Positions 45,671-55,207 of a stretch of DNA of 64,000 bases are shown here, one piece after another; position 1 is the first letter of the stretch, and each line of letters opens with the position of its first letter. The notes under the pieces are model-generated. The model did not search any database and had not been told where the DNA came from. It worked only from the letters and a program-made list of their open reading frames with translations. The DNA is from Acidobacteriota bacterium. Lineage in GTDB: Bacteria; Acidobacteriota; UBA6911; RPQK01; JAJDTT01. The stretch is from assembly GCA_965217775.1 (NCBI GenBank), contig CBDCJH010000002.1, forward strand, positions 5,824,001 through 5,888,000, given 5' to 3'. A program made the translations under genes and the position numbers.

Positions 45671-48352
45671 TCAGGCCTTCGCCGGGCCGGTCACAATCGG
45701 CTTGGCGACGACTTTCCCGCCGGAACGAGCCGTCGCGATCACCGTTTCCCCAGGTTCCACGTCGATGAGACTCGGGACGGGAAGCCTCCCGTCCGGGAGC
45801 GTTCGAGCGCCGCGTAACGGCCGTCCGTCCGTTCGAGACAGCAGCACGTCTGCGTTCGGGAGGAGACTGACGGGGGGCAGGGAACAGGAAGGGGTTCTCC
45901 CGGTGCGGGACGCGAGCTCACGGACATGGCCCCCGCCGCGGGGCCGTTCGCCCGGCGGGTCCACCAGGTTGCGCACCCGCAGACCGATGGCCGGGTCTTC
46001 CCCTCTCGGGTCGAACTCCATTTCCAGGAAATTCCAGTAGAACGGCCCGTCCAGCTTGCGCAGGTCCGGCGTGTCGTAGCTCTGATGGTAGAGCGCCGTG
46101 ACGGCCACGTCCCGTCCGTCGAAGTCGGTCATGCGCGGCCCGAAACCCTCCTTGACGCCCCGGCCTCCGCTGCGGCCGATGGGTCCGAAGGAACACTCGA
46201 AAACCCGGTGCTCCAGGCTCTGCAGGATCATGCCCGTATGCACGTCTCCGTAGACGGTGGTCACGCCGGTGCGGGAGCCGAGCAGCTCCAGCACACGATC
46301 CGCCCCCGCCGCGACCCATCCGGCGTAGTCTGCGGCGACCCGGTCGCGCTCGCCCAGACTGGTCTTGGCGTCGGACCGCCGCCCGTCCCCGGTCCAGATG
46401 GTGTGAAGGCCATTGATTCCGGTCAGGCAGATCAGAGGCGAGGAATCGGTGCGAATCGTCTCCCGCAACCAGGCGAACTGTTCCTCGCCCAGGAGACTGC
46501 GGGTGACGTCGGTCCTCGGGTAGAGGTTCTGCTTGGCGCCCCATCCCTGGTCATCCCAGATGTTCGTATCCTGGCTTGAGCGCCAAAGCCTGGAGTCGAG
46601 GATCAGGAGGCTGAAATCGCCGTCGGGCATCTTCCAGCGTCTCCATTTCTTGGGATTCGCGGTTCCGGAGGGCGCCTCGTCTCCCGTCACCAGGTGGTGG
46701 ACGATCTGAAAGTTGCGCCGCATGTAGTCCCGGTCCTGGCCGAGATCGCCGTGGGACCGGATCGCGATCTGTTCCGGACCCTTGACGTCGTCCATGCCGT
46801 AGTCGTGGTCGCCGGGATTGATGGTGTTCCAGTGGCGCATCATCTGCCAGCGCGTCGTCGGGCCGCAGAGCGTGGTGGTGACGATCTTGTACGCGTCGTC
46901 GGGGGACGGCGGGTACAGAAGGAGCTCCATGTACCAGACGTCGTCCTCCCACATCATGACCTGGAACCCGTAGTCCTCCAGGTGCCGGTAGGCGCCCGGC
47001 GTGGGCTGATCGTGAACGAAAAAGCCTCCACCCGGTCCCGCATCGGGCAGATTCGGTTGGCTCCCGCTGATGGCATGGCAGGAGAGGCCGCATAGACGGT
47101 AGGGGGCCGAGAGCCTGGGGAGCCTTCCAATGTATGAGCCACTTGCCGGAACCCCGCCGACCTGGCCGGTGCCGATGCCGACGGCGTCGCTGCCCAGTCT
47201 GGAATCCGCCGTCACATCGCGGCCGTCCTTCCAGACCGTGTAGTAGAGGTCGGTTTCCGCGGGATTCCGTGGCAGCGTGGCGTCGATCACGGCCGTGTTG
47301 CGCCGGAAGTCGTTGTTGACGATGGATGCGCGTCCCGCCACCGGAACCGACTTCCAGCCGCCGGCCGGATCCGGGTTGTCCGCGACTCGCACCTTCGCCC
47401 TCGTCCCGTCACCGCGGAACAGGGCAATGAAGCGCACGCGCCAGGCGCCGCCTTCCCGGTGCAGAGTGTCGCCCAGGGCGTAGCAGACGTGGCACTCGTT
47501 GATCCGCGGGTCGAGAGGCCGGTTGTCGCCGGGGTCGATGGCGTATTCGTCGATTTCGAAGTCCAGCAGGCCGCGCCCGGCGATCCCGGCGAAGCCCTGG
47601 AGGTGCTTGGCCCGATTCCGGTCCCGGAGCTGGATTTCGGCCATCCGGCCGCGCCCCTCGACTTCCAGCGACGCCGACACGGTCCCTCGATCGGTATCGT
47701 CGCCCGAAACAGCCACGACGATCCGAAAATGGTCCCCGGCCGACGGTTTCGGAACCCGCTTGACGGCGATGATCGTGTCCGAACCGTGCTCCCGGATTCC
47801 GAAGGTGCCATCGTCGGTCCAGGCCGCGATCCAAGCCGCTTTCCCGTCCGGGTCCGACATGCCGAAGGATTCGTACAGCGAGGCCGACCCGAAGGCGAGG
47901 CCAAGGAGGCCGTGTCCCGCCTGGTACATTCGCCAATTCGGATCGTCCTGACCCGATGGGCCGTGCGCAGGCGCGTGAACCCGGCCCGTCATTTCCAGCT
48001 TGTAGTTGCCGGCCAGACGCCAATGCCGGTGCCAGATCAGCCCCGGGGGAAGCGTGGGGTCGTAGTCGACCGGCATGGTGTGGCTCCCCAGCCGATCTCC
48101 GTGGGTCTCGTAGTGATAAGGGAATCCGGTGTTGCGGGCGCGGTCGCCGAGATTGTGGATTTTCCGCTGAAGGGCGTTGTTCCGGATGCTCCAAAAGCCG
48201 GGATTCAGGGTTTCCCAGTCGTCGCCGTGGTACAGGGAATCGGGCCGCCGGAAGGAGTTCGAGTGTGCCCGAGTTGTATTTGTGGAGACCGACGCCACCG
48301 CGGTCGCCGTCGCGGCCTGCAGGAACGTCCTGCGATTCATGGAGTTTTTCAT
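45671..48352 (-). CDS. Tat-exported PhoD-like metallophosphoesterase
   Basis: NRRTFLQ signal; WEDDVWY, PGDHDY, LILDSR, LLGEEQFAWL and GDVH motifs. Confidence 0.72.
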   Translation of the reverse strand: MKNSMNRRTFLQAATATAVASVSTNTTRAHSNSFRRPDSLYHGDDWETLNPGFWSIRNNALQRKIHNLGDRARNTGFPYHYETHGDRLGSHTMPVDYDPTLPPGLIWHRHWRLAGNYKLEMTGRVHAPAHGPSGQDDPNWRMYQAGHGLLGLAFGSASLYESFGMSDPDGKAAWIAAWTDDGTFGIREHGSDTIIAVKRVPKPSAGDHFRIVVAVSGDDTDRGTVSASLEVEGRGRMAEIQLRDRNRAKHLQGFAGIAGRGLLDFEIDEYAIDPGDNRPLDPRINECHVCYALGDTLHREGGAWRVRFIALFRGDGTRAKVRVADNPDPAGGWKSVPVAGRASIVNNDFRRNTAVIDATLPRNPAETDLYYTVWKDGRDVTADSRLGSDAVGIGTGQVGGVPASGSYIGRLPRLSAPYRLCGLSCHAISGSQPNLPDAGPGGGFFVHDQPTPGAYRHLEDYGFQVMMWEDDVWYMELLLYPPSPDDAYKIVTTTLCGPTTRWQMMRHWNTINPGDHDYGMDDVKGPEQIAIRSHGDLGQDRDYMRRNFQIVHHLVTGDEAPSGTANPKKWRRWKMPDGDFSLLILDSRLWRSSQDTNIWDDQGWGAKQNLYPRTDVTRSLLGEEQFAWLRETIRTDSSPLICLTGINGLHTIWTGDGRRSDAKTSLGERDRVAADYAGWVAAGADRVLELLGSRTGVTTVYGDVHTGMILQSLEHRVFECSFGPIGRSGGRGVKEGFGPRMTDFDGRDVAVTALYHQSYDTPDLRKLDGPFYWNFLEMEFDPRGEDPAIGLRVRNLVDPPGERPRGGGHVRELASRTGRTPSCSLPPVSLLPNADVLLSRTDGRPLRGARTLPDGRLPVPSLIDVEPGETVIATARSGGKVVAKPIVTGPAKA

Positions 48353-48445
48353 CGTCTGCCTATCCTACCAAGGGGGCCGCGAAGGGGCCTGGGGGATGGG
48401 ACGAATTTGGCGCCGGACGCGACCCTGGTCAGCCCTGAAACCGAT

Positions 48446-48997
48446 TCAGTTGTGGCACAGCTTGCAGGCTTGGTCGCGGCTCACGATTAGATGGTCCGCC
48501 ACAGTGGAGCCATGGGCGTTGTGGCATTGCCCGCAATTCCGCAGGACGTGGGGCGCGTGCTGGTGGGCCTCGGGGAAAGAGGCCTTGCTGTGACAGGCGA
48601 AGCAGCTTCCCTTGGAGCGGAATCGTCCCCGCCGGCTCACCGTGTGACATTGTTGGCAGCCGATGGCAAACGGGGGATGGAGGCGGAAGGGATCGAAGCC
48701 CTCGGGAGCTCCCTCTCCCACGAAAAAGCGGATCTCGCGGTGTCCGCCCTCCCAGACCAGGGCCAGCGAGTGCTCACCGGGAGCCGGGGTCAACTTGGCA
48801 TGGAAGACGTTGGGAAAGGGCTCGTGGGCGGGGAGGACCTGTCCGTCCAGCTCCAACCGGGCACCGGGGCCGGTGGCCGCGATGCTGATCTCTCCCTCGG
48901 GCAGAATCGATCGATGGGCCGGACGGACGATCTTTCCTTCTTCCCCGGCGGCGGAGGAGAAAAGACCGAGCGCTATGGCGGCAGCCAGGGTCCTCAC
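48446..48997 (-). CDS. periplasmic tetraheme c-type cytochrome
   Basis: Signal peptide; CQQCH, CFACH, CGQCH and CKLCH motifs. Confidence 0.88.
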   Translation of the reverse strand: MRTLAAAIALGLFSSAAGEEGKIVRPAHRSILPEGEISIAATGPGARLELDGQVLPAHEPFPNVFHAKLTPAPGEHSLALVWEGGHREIRFFVGEGAPEGFDPFRLHPPFAIGCQQCHTVSRRGRFRSKGSCFACHSKASFPEAHQHAPHVLRNCGQCHNAHGSTVADHLIVSRDQACKLCHN

Positions 48998-49761
48998 AAG
49001 TGGAGCCGGCAGATGTAACCCGAGTATCGGCTCTTCGTATCGACGGCGCCGGGACCGATGCCTGCGTCGGTGTAGTAGAAGACCCCCTGGTGGAGGGTCA
49101 TGCCATGGGGATCGGGGTCGGACCGGCTCAACTGGATGGCCTCCATGATGCGGCCGTCCTTGGCGTCCAGACGGTGGATCACGTAGTCATTGGAGAACAT
49201 GCACCAGATGGAGCCGTCGTCCCAGGCCAGGCCGTGGGCTCGCCCCAAGGTCACCGGGATGGAGTGACGGATGCGGAAATCGGGATCCACCTGGGTCAGG
49301 CTCTTGCTGCTCAGGGTGGTGATCCAGAGGGTGTTCTGGTTCCAGGTGAGGCCGTGCACCCCTCCTCCTCCGGGAATCGGATGCCGGGCCAGGGTCTGTC
49401 CGGTTTCAGGATCGACCTTCAGGATCCTGCCGGTCTTGGCGTCGGTCGGTCTCGGCTCTCGTCTGAGAGCGGGCCCGTTGGCCGCCATCCAGAGATACCC
49501 CCCGCCGTAAGCCATGCCGCTGGTGTTGGTGGACTCGGTGGGAACCGCCTGCAACACCTTTCCGGTCTTCCAGTCCAGGAGATAGGCCTTGTTGGTGAGC
49601 TGCTCACCGACCCAGAGGCCCTCGTTGGTGGCCTCCAGCGCGTTGGGATACTTGTCCGGAGAGGGCCACAGGGGCTCCACCCTGGGCTTTCGGACCGGAT
49701 AGTCCCGCGGCCCCAGCGCGGCCGCCGCCAGCAGTTCCAGAAACTCTCTGCGATAGAACAT
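48994..49761 (-). CDS. exported beta-propeller protein (Tat-like signal)
   Basis: MFYRREFL; repeated GMAYGGGYLW, HGLTW, HGLAWDDGSIW and PHGMT blades. Confidence 0.75.
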   Translation of the reverse strand: MFYRREFLELLAAAALGPRDYPVRKPRVEPLWPSPDKYPNALEATNEGLWVGEQLTNKAYLLDWKTGKVLQAVPTESTNTSGMAYGGGYLWMAANGPALRREPRPTDAKTGRILKVDPETGQTLARHPIPGGGGVHGLTWNQNTLWITTLSSKSLTQVDPDFRIRHSIPVTLGRAHGLAWDDGSIWCMFSNDYVIHRLDAKDGRIMEAIQLSRSDPDPHGMTLHQGVFYYTDAGIGPGAVDTKSRYSGYICRLHL

Positions 49762-50963
49762 CAGATACTCCGAATCCGGACCAGAGATTTGTCGATGTCG
49801 GCGATTCTGGCGACGCCGGCCATCCCCATATCCAGCGCCAACTCCACTCGCAGTAGTTCCAGTACCCGCGAAACACCCCGGTGGCCGAAGCAGGTCAGCC
49901 CCCAGAGATAGGGACGAGCCACACCCACCGCCGTAGCTCCCAGAGCAAGGGCCTTCAGGATGTCGCCGCCGCGGCGAAATCCTCCGTCGACCAGCACGGG
50001 CAGGCGGCCCTTGGCCGCGGCGACGCACTCGGGCAGAGCCTCGATGGTGCCGCCCACATGATCCAGTTGCCGGGCCCCGTGGTTGGAGACCACGACCGCC
50101 GCCACGCCCCGCTCGGCGCACTTGGCGGTGTCCTCGGCGGTCATGACGCCCTTGATCATGAGCGGCAGATCCGTCATCGCCATCAGCCGGTCGATCGTCT
50201 CCCAGGTCGGAGTGGGAAAGGGCCGCTCGGGATAGACGCCGGTGCGCCAGGGACGGTCCTGGGGCTGGTAGATCAGATTGCCGTCGGCGTCCCTGGGGAT
50301 TCCGGTTTCGCACCAGCGGCGCACGAATCGGTGGTAGATGCTCCGTTCCCGGTAGGAGACATGCATGTTGTCGACGGTGAAGCAGATGCCGCCGGCCCCC
50401 AGATCCTCCAGCCGCTCCACGAAGTCCAACATGCTGTCTTCGGTGCGGAACTCACCCCCGGTGGTGTATTGCCACCATGGTTCGGGTCCCTCGCCCGACT
50501 CCAGGAATTCGTCGATGCCGCCGTTGGTGACGAACATGGCTCCGGAAGCCGCCGCGCCGCGGGCGGCCTCCTCTTCTCCCCCCGGAAAGAAGCAGTTCTT
50601 GCCGCCGGCCGGACAGACGAAGATGGGATAGTCCAGTTTCCGTCCCAGGAAGTCGACGGAGGTGTCGATCTTGTGGACGTCGGTCAGGATCTTGGGCCGG
50701 AGGATGATCCGCTCGAAGGCTTTCCGGTTGTCGCGGAGGGACACTTCGTCCTGGGAGCCTTCGGCCATGTAGTCCCACGCCACTGGGTCCAATTTGGACT
50801 GGGCCAACTTGGCGAAGTCGAACACGTTGACCAGATCCAGAAGCTGCTTCTGGTTTTCCGGGGACGAAAGCGCGGATTCGAGCAGGCCGGTCCGTCCCGC
50901 CAGAAGTGGTGAAGAGATCAGGAACTGGGCAAAGGCTGCTAGGGCGTGACGTCGAGTGAGCAT
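49761..50963 (-). CDS. FMN-dependent alpha-hydroxy-acid oxidase/dehydrogenase (Tat-like signal)
   Basis: LTRRHAL; FTVD, IKGV, VSNHGARQLD and DGGFRRGGDILKALALGA motifs. Confidence 0.92.
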   Translation of the reverse strand: MLTRRHALAAFAQFLISSPLLAGRTGLLESALSSPENQKQLLDLVNVFDFAKLAQSKLDPVAWDYMAEGSQDEVSLRDNRKAFERIILRPKILTDVHKIDTSVDFLGRKLDYPIFVCPAGGKNCFFPGGEEEAARGAAASGAMFVTNGGIDEFLESGEGPEPWWQYTTGGEFRTEDSMLDFVERLEDLGAGGICFTVDNMHVSYRERSIYHRFVRRWCETGIPRDADGNLIYQPQDRPWRTGVYPERPFPTPTWETIDRLMAMTDLPLMIKGVMTAEDTAKCAERGVAAVVVSNHGARQLDHVGGTIEALPECVAAAKGRLPVLVDGGFRRGGDILKALALGATAVGVARPYLWGLTCFGHRGVSRVLELLRVELALDMGMAGVARIADIDKSLVRIRSI

Positions 50964-51139
50964 CAAGGACGATCGGTTTTTCGGCAGACCCGCTTCGGGT
51001 TCAGTTTAGCAGTTGCCGGACCGCCCCGAAACCCGGCACCTAGATCGGACTGACGCCAAAGCCGGTGAACCGTAGCCTCGGCGCTTGGTCGCGGCCGGAG
51101 CGCTTGTGGAATAATTGCGGCCCAACCGGGAGGGGCGCC

Positions 51140-52132
51140 ATGGAGTTGACCTGGGAGCTGACGGACGCGGACCGGGAGTTGTTCAAAAGGGAGTTGGACA
51201 GCTTCGTCCCGGACCGGATCTACGACGTCCACGCCCACCTGTACGAGCTGTGGCAGTGGAAGAAGCCGACGATCCTGGAAGGAGGTCCCGAGAAGTTGCC
51301 CCTGGAGCGGTACCAGGAAGAGATCCAGTGGATCACTCCCGGACGGGAGACCCATGCCCTGTTCTTCGGCGGCGGACTCCACGAGGAGACCTTCCGGGCC
51401 TCAAACGAGTACGTGGCGGCTCAAGTGGCCAAGGATCCGGCCTCGCGGTCGCTGCTCATCGTTTCCCCGCACATGGACCCGGAGGAGGTGCGCCAGGAGG
51501 TCCGGCGCCTCTCCATGGTGGGCTTGAAGGTGTACCAGCATTTCGCTCCGGGCGAGGAGACCTGGGAAGCGGAGATCGAGGAGTTCCTGACCGAGGAGCA
51601 CGTACGGGTCGCTCACGAAGAGGAACTGGTGATCATGCTCCACATGGTCAAGAGCCGTGCCCTGGCGGATTCGGTCAACCAGGCCACCATCCGGCACTAT
51701 TGCGAGACCTATCCCAGGATGCGGCTGGTCTTGGCGCACTCGGGAACGGCCTTCAATCCCCATCACACGGCCCAAGGCATCCACTCCCTGGCGGGCCTCG
51801 ACAACGTCTGGTTCGATACCTCCGCCATGACCGAGACGGGCGCCTTCGAGCCCATCGTCCGTCAGTTCGGCCACACTCGCCTGATGTGGGGGTCCGACTA
51901 TCCCATCAGCCATCTGCGAGGGAGATGTGTCGCCATCGGCGACAATCACATCTGGCTCTACGAGAACAACGTGGACTGGGACGCCCTCTCCTATCGAAAT
52001 ATCCGGCCCGTCTACCTGGGCCTGGAATCATTGCGGGCGCTCAAGGTGGCCGCCTGGAACCTGCGCCTCTCCGACTCCCAGATCGAGGACGTCTTCTGGA
52101 CCAACGCCCGCAAGCTGTTGCGACTGGAGTAG
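51140..52132 (+). CDS. amidohydrolase 2 family protein
   Basis: YDVHAH, GLKVY, MLH, LAHSG, FDTSA and WGSDYP motifs. Confidence 0.88.
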   Translation: MELTWELTDADRELFKRELDSFVPDRIYDVHAHLYELWQWKKPTILEGGPEKLPLERYQEEIQWITPGRETHALFFGGGLHEETFRASNEYVAAQVAKDPASRSLLIVSPHMDPEEVRQEVRRLSMVGLKVYQHFAPGEETWEAEIEEFLTEEHVRVAHEEELVIMLHMVKSRALADSVNQATIRHYCETYPRMRLVLAHSGTAFNPHHTAQGIHSLAGLDNVWFDTSAMTETGAFEPIVRQFGHTRLMWGSDYPISHLRGRCVAIGDNHIWLYENNVDWDALSYRNIRPVYLGLESLRALKVAAWNLRLSDSQIEDVFWTNARKLLRLE

Positions 52133-52180
52133 CCCGCCGGCCCGATGCGGCGCTGCTTGCTCCGGCGGTCCGGCGCCCGG

Positions 52181-52363
52181 CTACTTGTCCCGGATCTGAA
52201 TCAGCACCAGGGTGACCGCGAAGGCTAGGAATCCGACGGCCCCTCTCCAGTAGACCACCGCCTCGTTGCCCAACAGATTCCCTCCGCCCAGGAAGCGGGC
52301 CAGAGTCCCCACGATGAAGGCCAGTGCGGCCAAGAGGATCAGGGTGTTGATCAGTCGATTCAT
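52181..52363 (-). CDS. small membrane protein (2 transmembrane segments)
   Basis: 60 aa, two hydrophobic segments, purine-rich RBS. Confidence 0.65.
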   Translation of the reverse strand: MNRLINTLILLAALAFIVGTLARFLGGGNLLGNEAVVYWRGAVGFLAFAVTLVLIQIRDK

Positions 52364-52471
52364 GGAAGCTCCCCTTCTTGCCCGGTCAAGCACGGAGTCG
52401 CCAAGCGTTCTGCTGCTCGACGAAAATACGGGCCGGAATCAATCACGGATAATCGTGTGGATCATCGCCCA

Positions 52472-52911
52472 TCACCTTCTGTGACGAGGCGGGTGTCGCG
52501 ACTGGTATTGAGAGACCTGCAATGCGACCTCCTCGGTCGCTCGAATGAGCGCCTCGACCAAAGGCTCGTTGACGTCGATATCGCCTTCGTATTCGGACAG
52601 GTTCCGTTTTCGATGGGCCTGGTCCAGCACGCGCCATTTTTGGTTCGGAAAATCCTGCGTTTGGCGGAGGCATTGAAACACGATGTAGCGGTTTCTGTTC
52701 CGATACCCGGCGATCCGCAACGCCCCCAACGATAACGCGTGCGCCGCGTTATACGCCAAGTCGAAACGGGACTCGATACTCAGATCGCTGTTTTTCGCAT
52801 CTGCCAGTCCGCCAATCCCGACCGGACTAAGCCAACGACTTCCCCACTCGCCGGCGCTTCCGCCTTGAGAACGCCGATCCTTACGAGATTGTCGAGTCCT
52901 TCATGCGGCAT
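52472..52911 (-). pseudogene. HEPN-family toxin partner with 1-nt frameshift near 52809
   Basis: MPHEGLDNLVRIGVLKAE...GLVRSGL, then LADAKNSDLSIESRFDLAYNAAH...HRKRNLSEYEG in another frame; overlaps the MNT gene end. Confidence 0.72.
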
Positions 52912-53560
52912 CGACGGAACCTATGAGTAGGATGTGTGGGCCTTGGAGGACCCTGTTCAGAAACCCGGCCCCGGTCGCTCGACGCCGCCGGAACTCACTC
53001 GACGTGTATAGAGTCGGGCTCACGCGCCGACCAAGCCTCTTTTCGACAGGGGCCAGGGCAACGCAGGTCGCTTCCAACGTCAGTTCATCGGAGACCAGAA
53101 GAAGATCGATGTCGCTCGCTGCCGTGTCCGCTTGTTTTGCGACCGATCCATAGAGCAGGGCCAGTTTGAGTTTGTCCGCGAGCGGCTGGAGCGCGGCGCG
53201 AACCGGTTCCTTTAGGCCCACGGTCTTTCTGATGATGCTGCACAACTCGTGGAACAGAGGCGAGTCGCGATTTGCCTGGTAGTGTTTCTGGTTGCCGATC
53301 CTGGAAACCGTCGCCAAACCGCTCTCGGCGAGGCGGCGCAGTTCGCGTTGAACAGCGCCACGCCCCGAGCCTGCCAAGGCGATGATCTCGGTGACGAAGA
53401 AACTGCGGTCCGGCTGACCGAACAGCAGAGCGAACACGCGCTTTTGCGTCGTCGTGAACAGCGCATCGGCCAGCGAGGAACCGACAAGTCCGTCGTTCCG
53501 CCGCTTCGATGCGAGAGGATACGGGGTGGTTTCCGGGGAGTCCGAATCGTTCATACCCAT
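52901..53560 (-). CDS. HTH + minimal nucleotidyltransferase (MNT-type antitoxin)
   Basis: LADALF...GAVQRELRRL helix-turn-helix; LYGSVAKQADTAASDIDL (GS-x10-DxD). Confidence 0.88.
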   Translation of the reverse strand: MGMNDSDSPETTPYPLASKRRNDGLVGSSLADALFTTTQKRVFALLFGQPDRSFFVTEIIALAGSGRGAVQRELRRLAESGLATVSRIGNQKHYQANRDSPLFHELCSIIRKTVGLKEPVRAALQPLADKLKLALLYGSVAKQADTAASDIDLLLVSDELTLEATCVALAPVEKRLGRRVSPTLYTSSEFRRRRATGAGFLNRVLQGPHILLIGSVDAA

Positions 53561-53590
53561 TTCGGGGATAATAGTACCTGAAATGGGTAT
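53553..53590. promoter_or_regulatory. inverted-repeat operator overlapping the MNT start codon
   Basis: ATACCCATTTCGGG-N10-CCTGAAATGGGTAT (13/14 bp inverted repeat). Confidence 0.7.
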
Positions 53591-53846
53591 TTCAAGCCGT
53601 CCACCATACGGACTGGATGGGCCAAGCCGTCGAGGATCGCCGTGTTTCTTGAATCCGTGCGAGTCCCTGCCACCCTCTGTCCTTGCCTCTTACACGAGAT
53701 TTTGGGAGTTACGTTTCCAAGGATAGGCTTACTGTATAAGCCCCATTGCAAGGGATGTCTGGGCGCCCAGACGGCAGTGCATGGAAAGCGGCGGCCTTTC
53801 TGGGAGAATGCGCAAATCGTTGGTCACTGCCGCTACGACCATGCTT

Positions 53847-54538
53847 CTACAACTCTTCTCCCCATGTATTGAGGGGTCGTAAAAGCGCTTCAGTGATAGA
53901 GGACTCGAGTTCCTTGACGAGTGCACGATCATGGCTGACTTCGACGAACTCGGAAAGCTCGAAGAGGGCATCCTCTACGTCTGGTTGAGACAGGCTCGTC
54001 ATTTCCACGATTTGGCTCACCCTCAGCTGCGGATCGCGAAAGATAGCGTACTTGGTGGTCTGGACGAAAAGCTTCGCAACGGTGGAAGCTGCCGCAGAAT
54101 AGTCGGTCTCGGTTTCAACGGACTGGGTTACGACTTCCGGAGGTGGCCCGAGCGGCGGCCTTTTAGTGATGCCGTATATATCGTTGATGAGTTGGTTCAT
54201 CCTAGTTTCAAAGTCTGGCAGATCCGGCGACAACATCCCTGAGAACAACGGTGGCAGCATGTCAGGTGGCAGACCATGACGCAGAGGGATGAAACTACAT
54301 TGATTGCGAATCTTCAGAACAGTAATGAATCCATCTCCTGATTGACCCACGGCTTTGTCAGCGACCTTGGTGTGAGCAGCACAATGAAGTGCGTACAGTT
54401 GCCAAGGCCTTCGTCAATTTTTTGCCTCAAACTGTCGCCCGAGCGGATGCACCATTCGGCCCACCATGTGTCGATGCCGTTACCGTGGAGAATCGCAGCA
54501 ATCCTTTTGGTTAGCTTGCGATCTTCCCAGGCATGGCT
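53847..54538 (-). pseudogene. TIR-domain protein, 5'-truncated and frameshifted near 54322
   Basis: SHAWEDR...GDSLRQKIDEGL...FIVLLTPRSLTKPWVNQEMD, continuing as VLKIRNQCSFIPL in another frame. Confidence 0.78.
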
Positions 54539-54577
54539 CTTCCGGACACGGTTCCGCGTTGCATTTGCTTCTGCGCC

Positions 54578-54594
54578 GCATGATAATGTCATGC
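54578..54594. promoter_or_regulatory. putative DinJ operator
   Basis: GCATGA-TAATG-TCATGC palindrome upstream of the AAGGAG RBS. Confidence 0.5.
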
Positions 54595-54617
54595 ACAATA
54601 TCAAAGGAGAATCAGTC

Positions 54618-54881
54618 ATGGCTGCAAATCAACTCGTCCAGGCCCGCATTGACGGGGCCGTCAAGGAAGAGGCGGCCGCCGTGCTGGCCGCGATTGGCTT
54701 GACGGTGTCCGATGCGGTGCGGCTGCTGTTGACCAAGGTTGCTCAGGAAAAGAGACTGCCGTTCGCGCCGCTGATTCCAAACGAAGCCACCATCGAGGCA
54801 ATGAAGGAAGCCCGAAAGGGCGGTCTTTCTAAGTTCGACAACGTGCAGGCCCTGATGGACGACCTGCATGCGCAAGATTGA
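54618..54881 (+). CDS. dinJ: RelB/DinJ antitoxin
   Basis: VQARID...GLTVSDAVRLLL...LPF...PNEATIEAM. Confidence 0.9.
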   Translation: MAANQLVQARIDGAVKEEAAAVLAAIGLTVSDAVRLLLTKVAQEKRLPFAPLIPNEATIEAMKEARKGGLSKFDNVQALMDDLHAQD

Positions 54882-55149
54882 GCGCACCAGCCAGTTCAAG
54901 CGCGATTACAAACGCGAGGCCAAGGGCCGGCATCGGGCGTCACTGGACGCTGCGTTGGTGCCCCTCCTGGTGGCCTTGGCTGCTGACCGGCCATTGGAAC
55001 CCCGGCACCACGACCATTCGTTGAGCGTTAACTGGAAGGATCACCGCGATTGCCATGTGAAGCCCGATTTGGTGCTGATTTACCTGAACCCCGGCACCGG
55101 CACGTTGCGGCTGGTTCGCCTCGGGTCCCATTCGGAACTCGGGCTTTGA
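54868..55149 (+). CDS. yafQ: YafQ family mRNA interferase toxin
   Basis: QFKRDYKR, DHSL, RDCHVKPDLVLIY and RLGSHSEL motifs. Confidence 0.92.
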   Translation: MRKIERTSQFKRDYKREAKGRHRASLDAALVPLLVALAADRPLEPRHHDHSLSVNWKDHRDCHVKPDLVLIYLNPGTGTLRLVRLGSHSELGL

Positions 55150-55207
55150 CGATCTCCGTGCGATCATCCCGGCCCGGGTAAGAAATGCGGACTGTTAAGG
55201 AGACACA

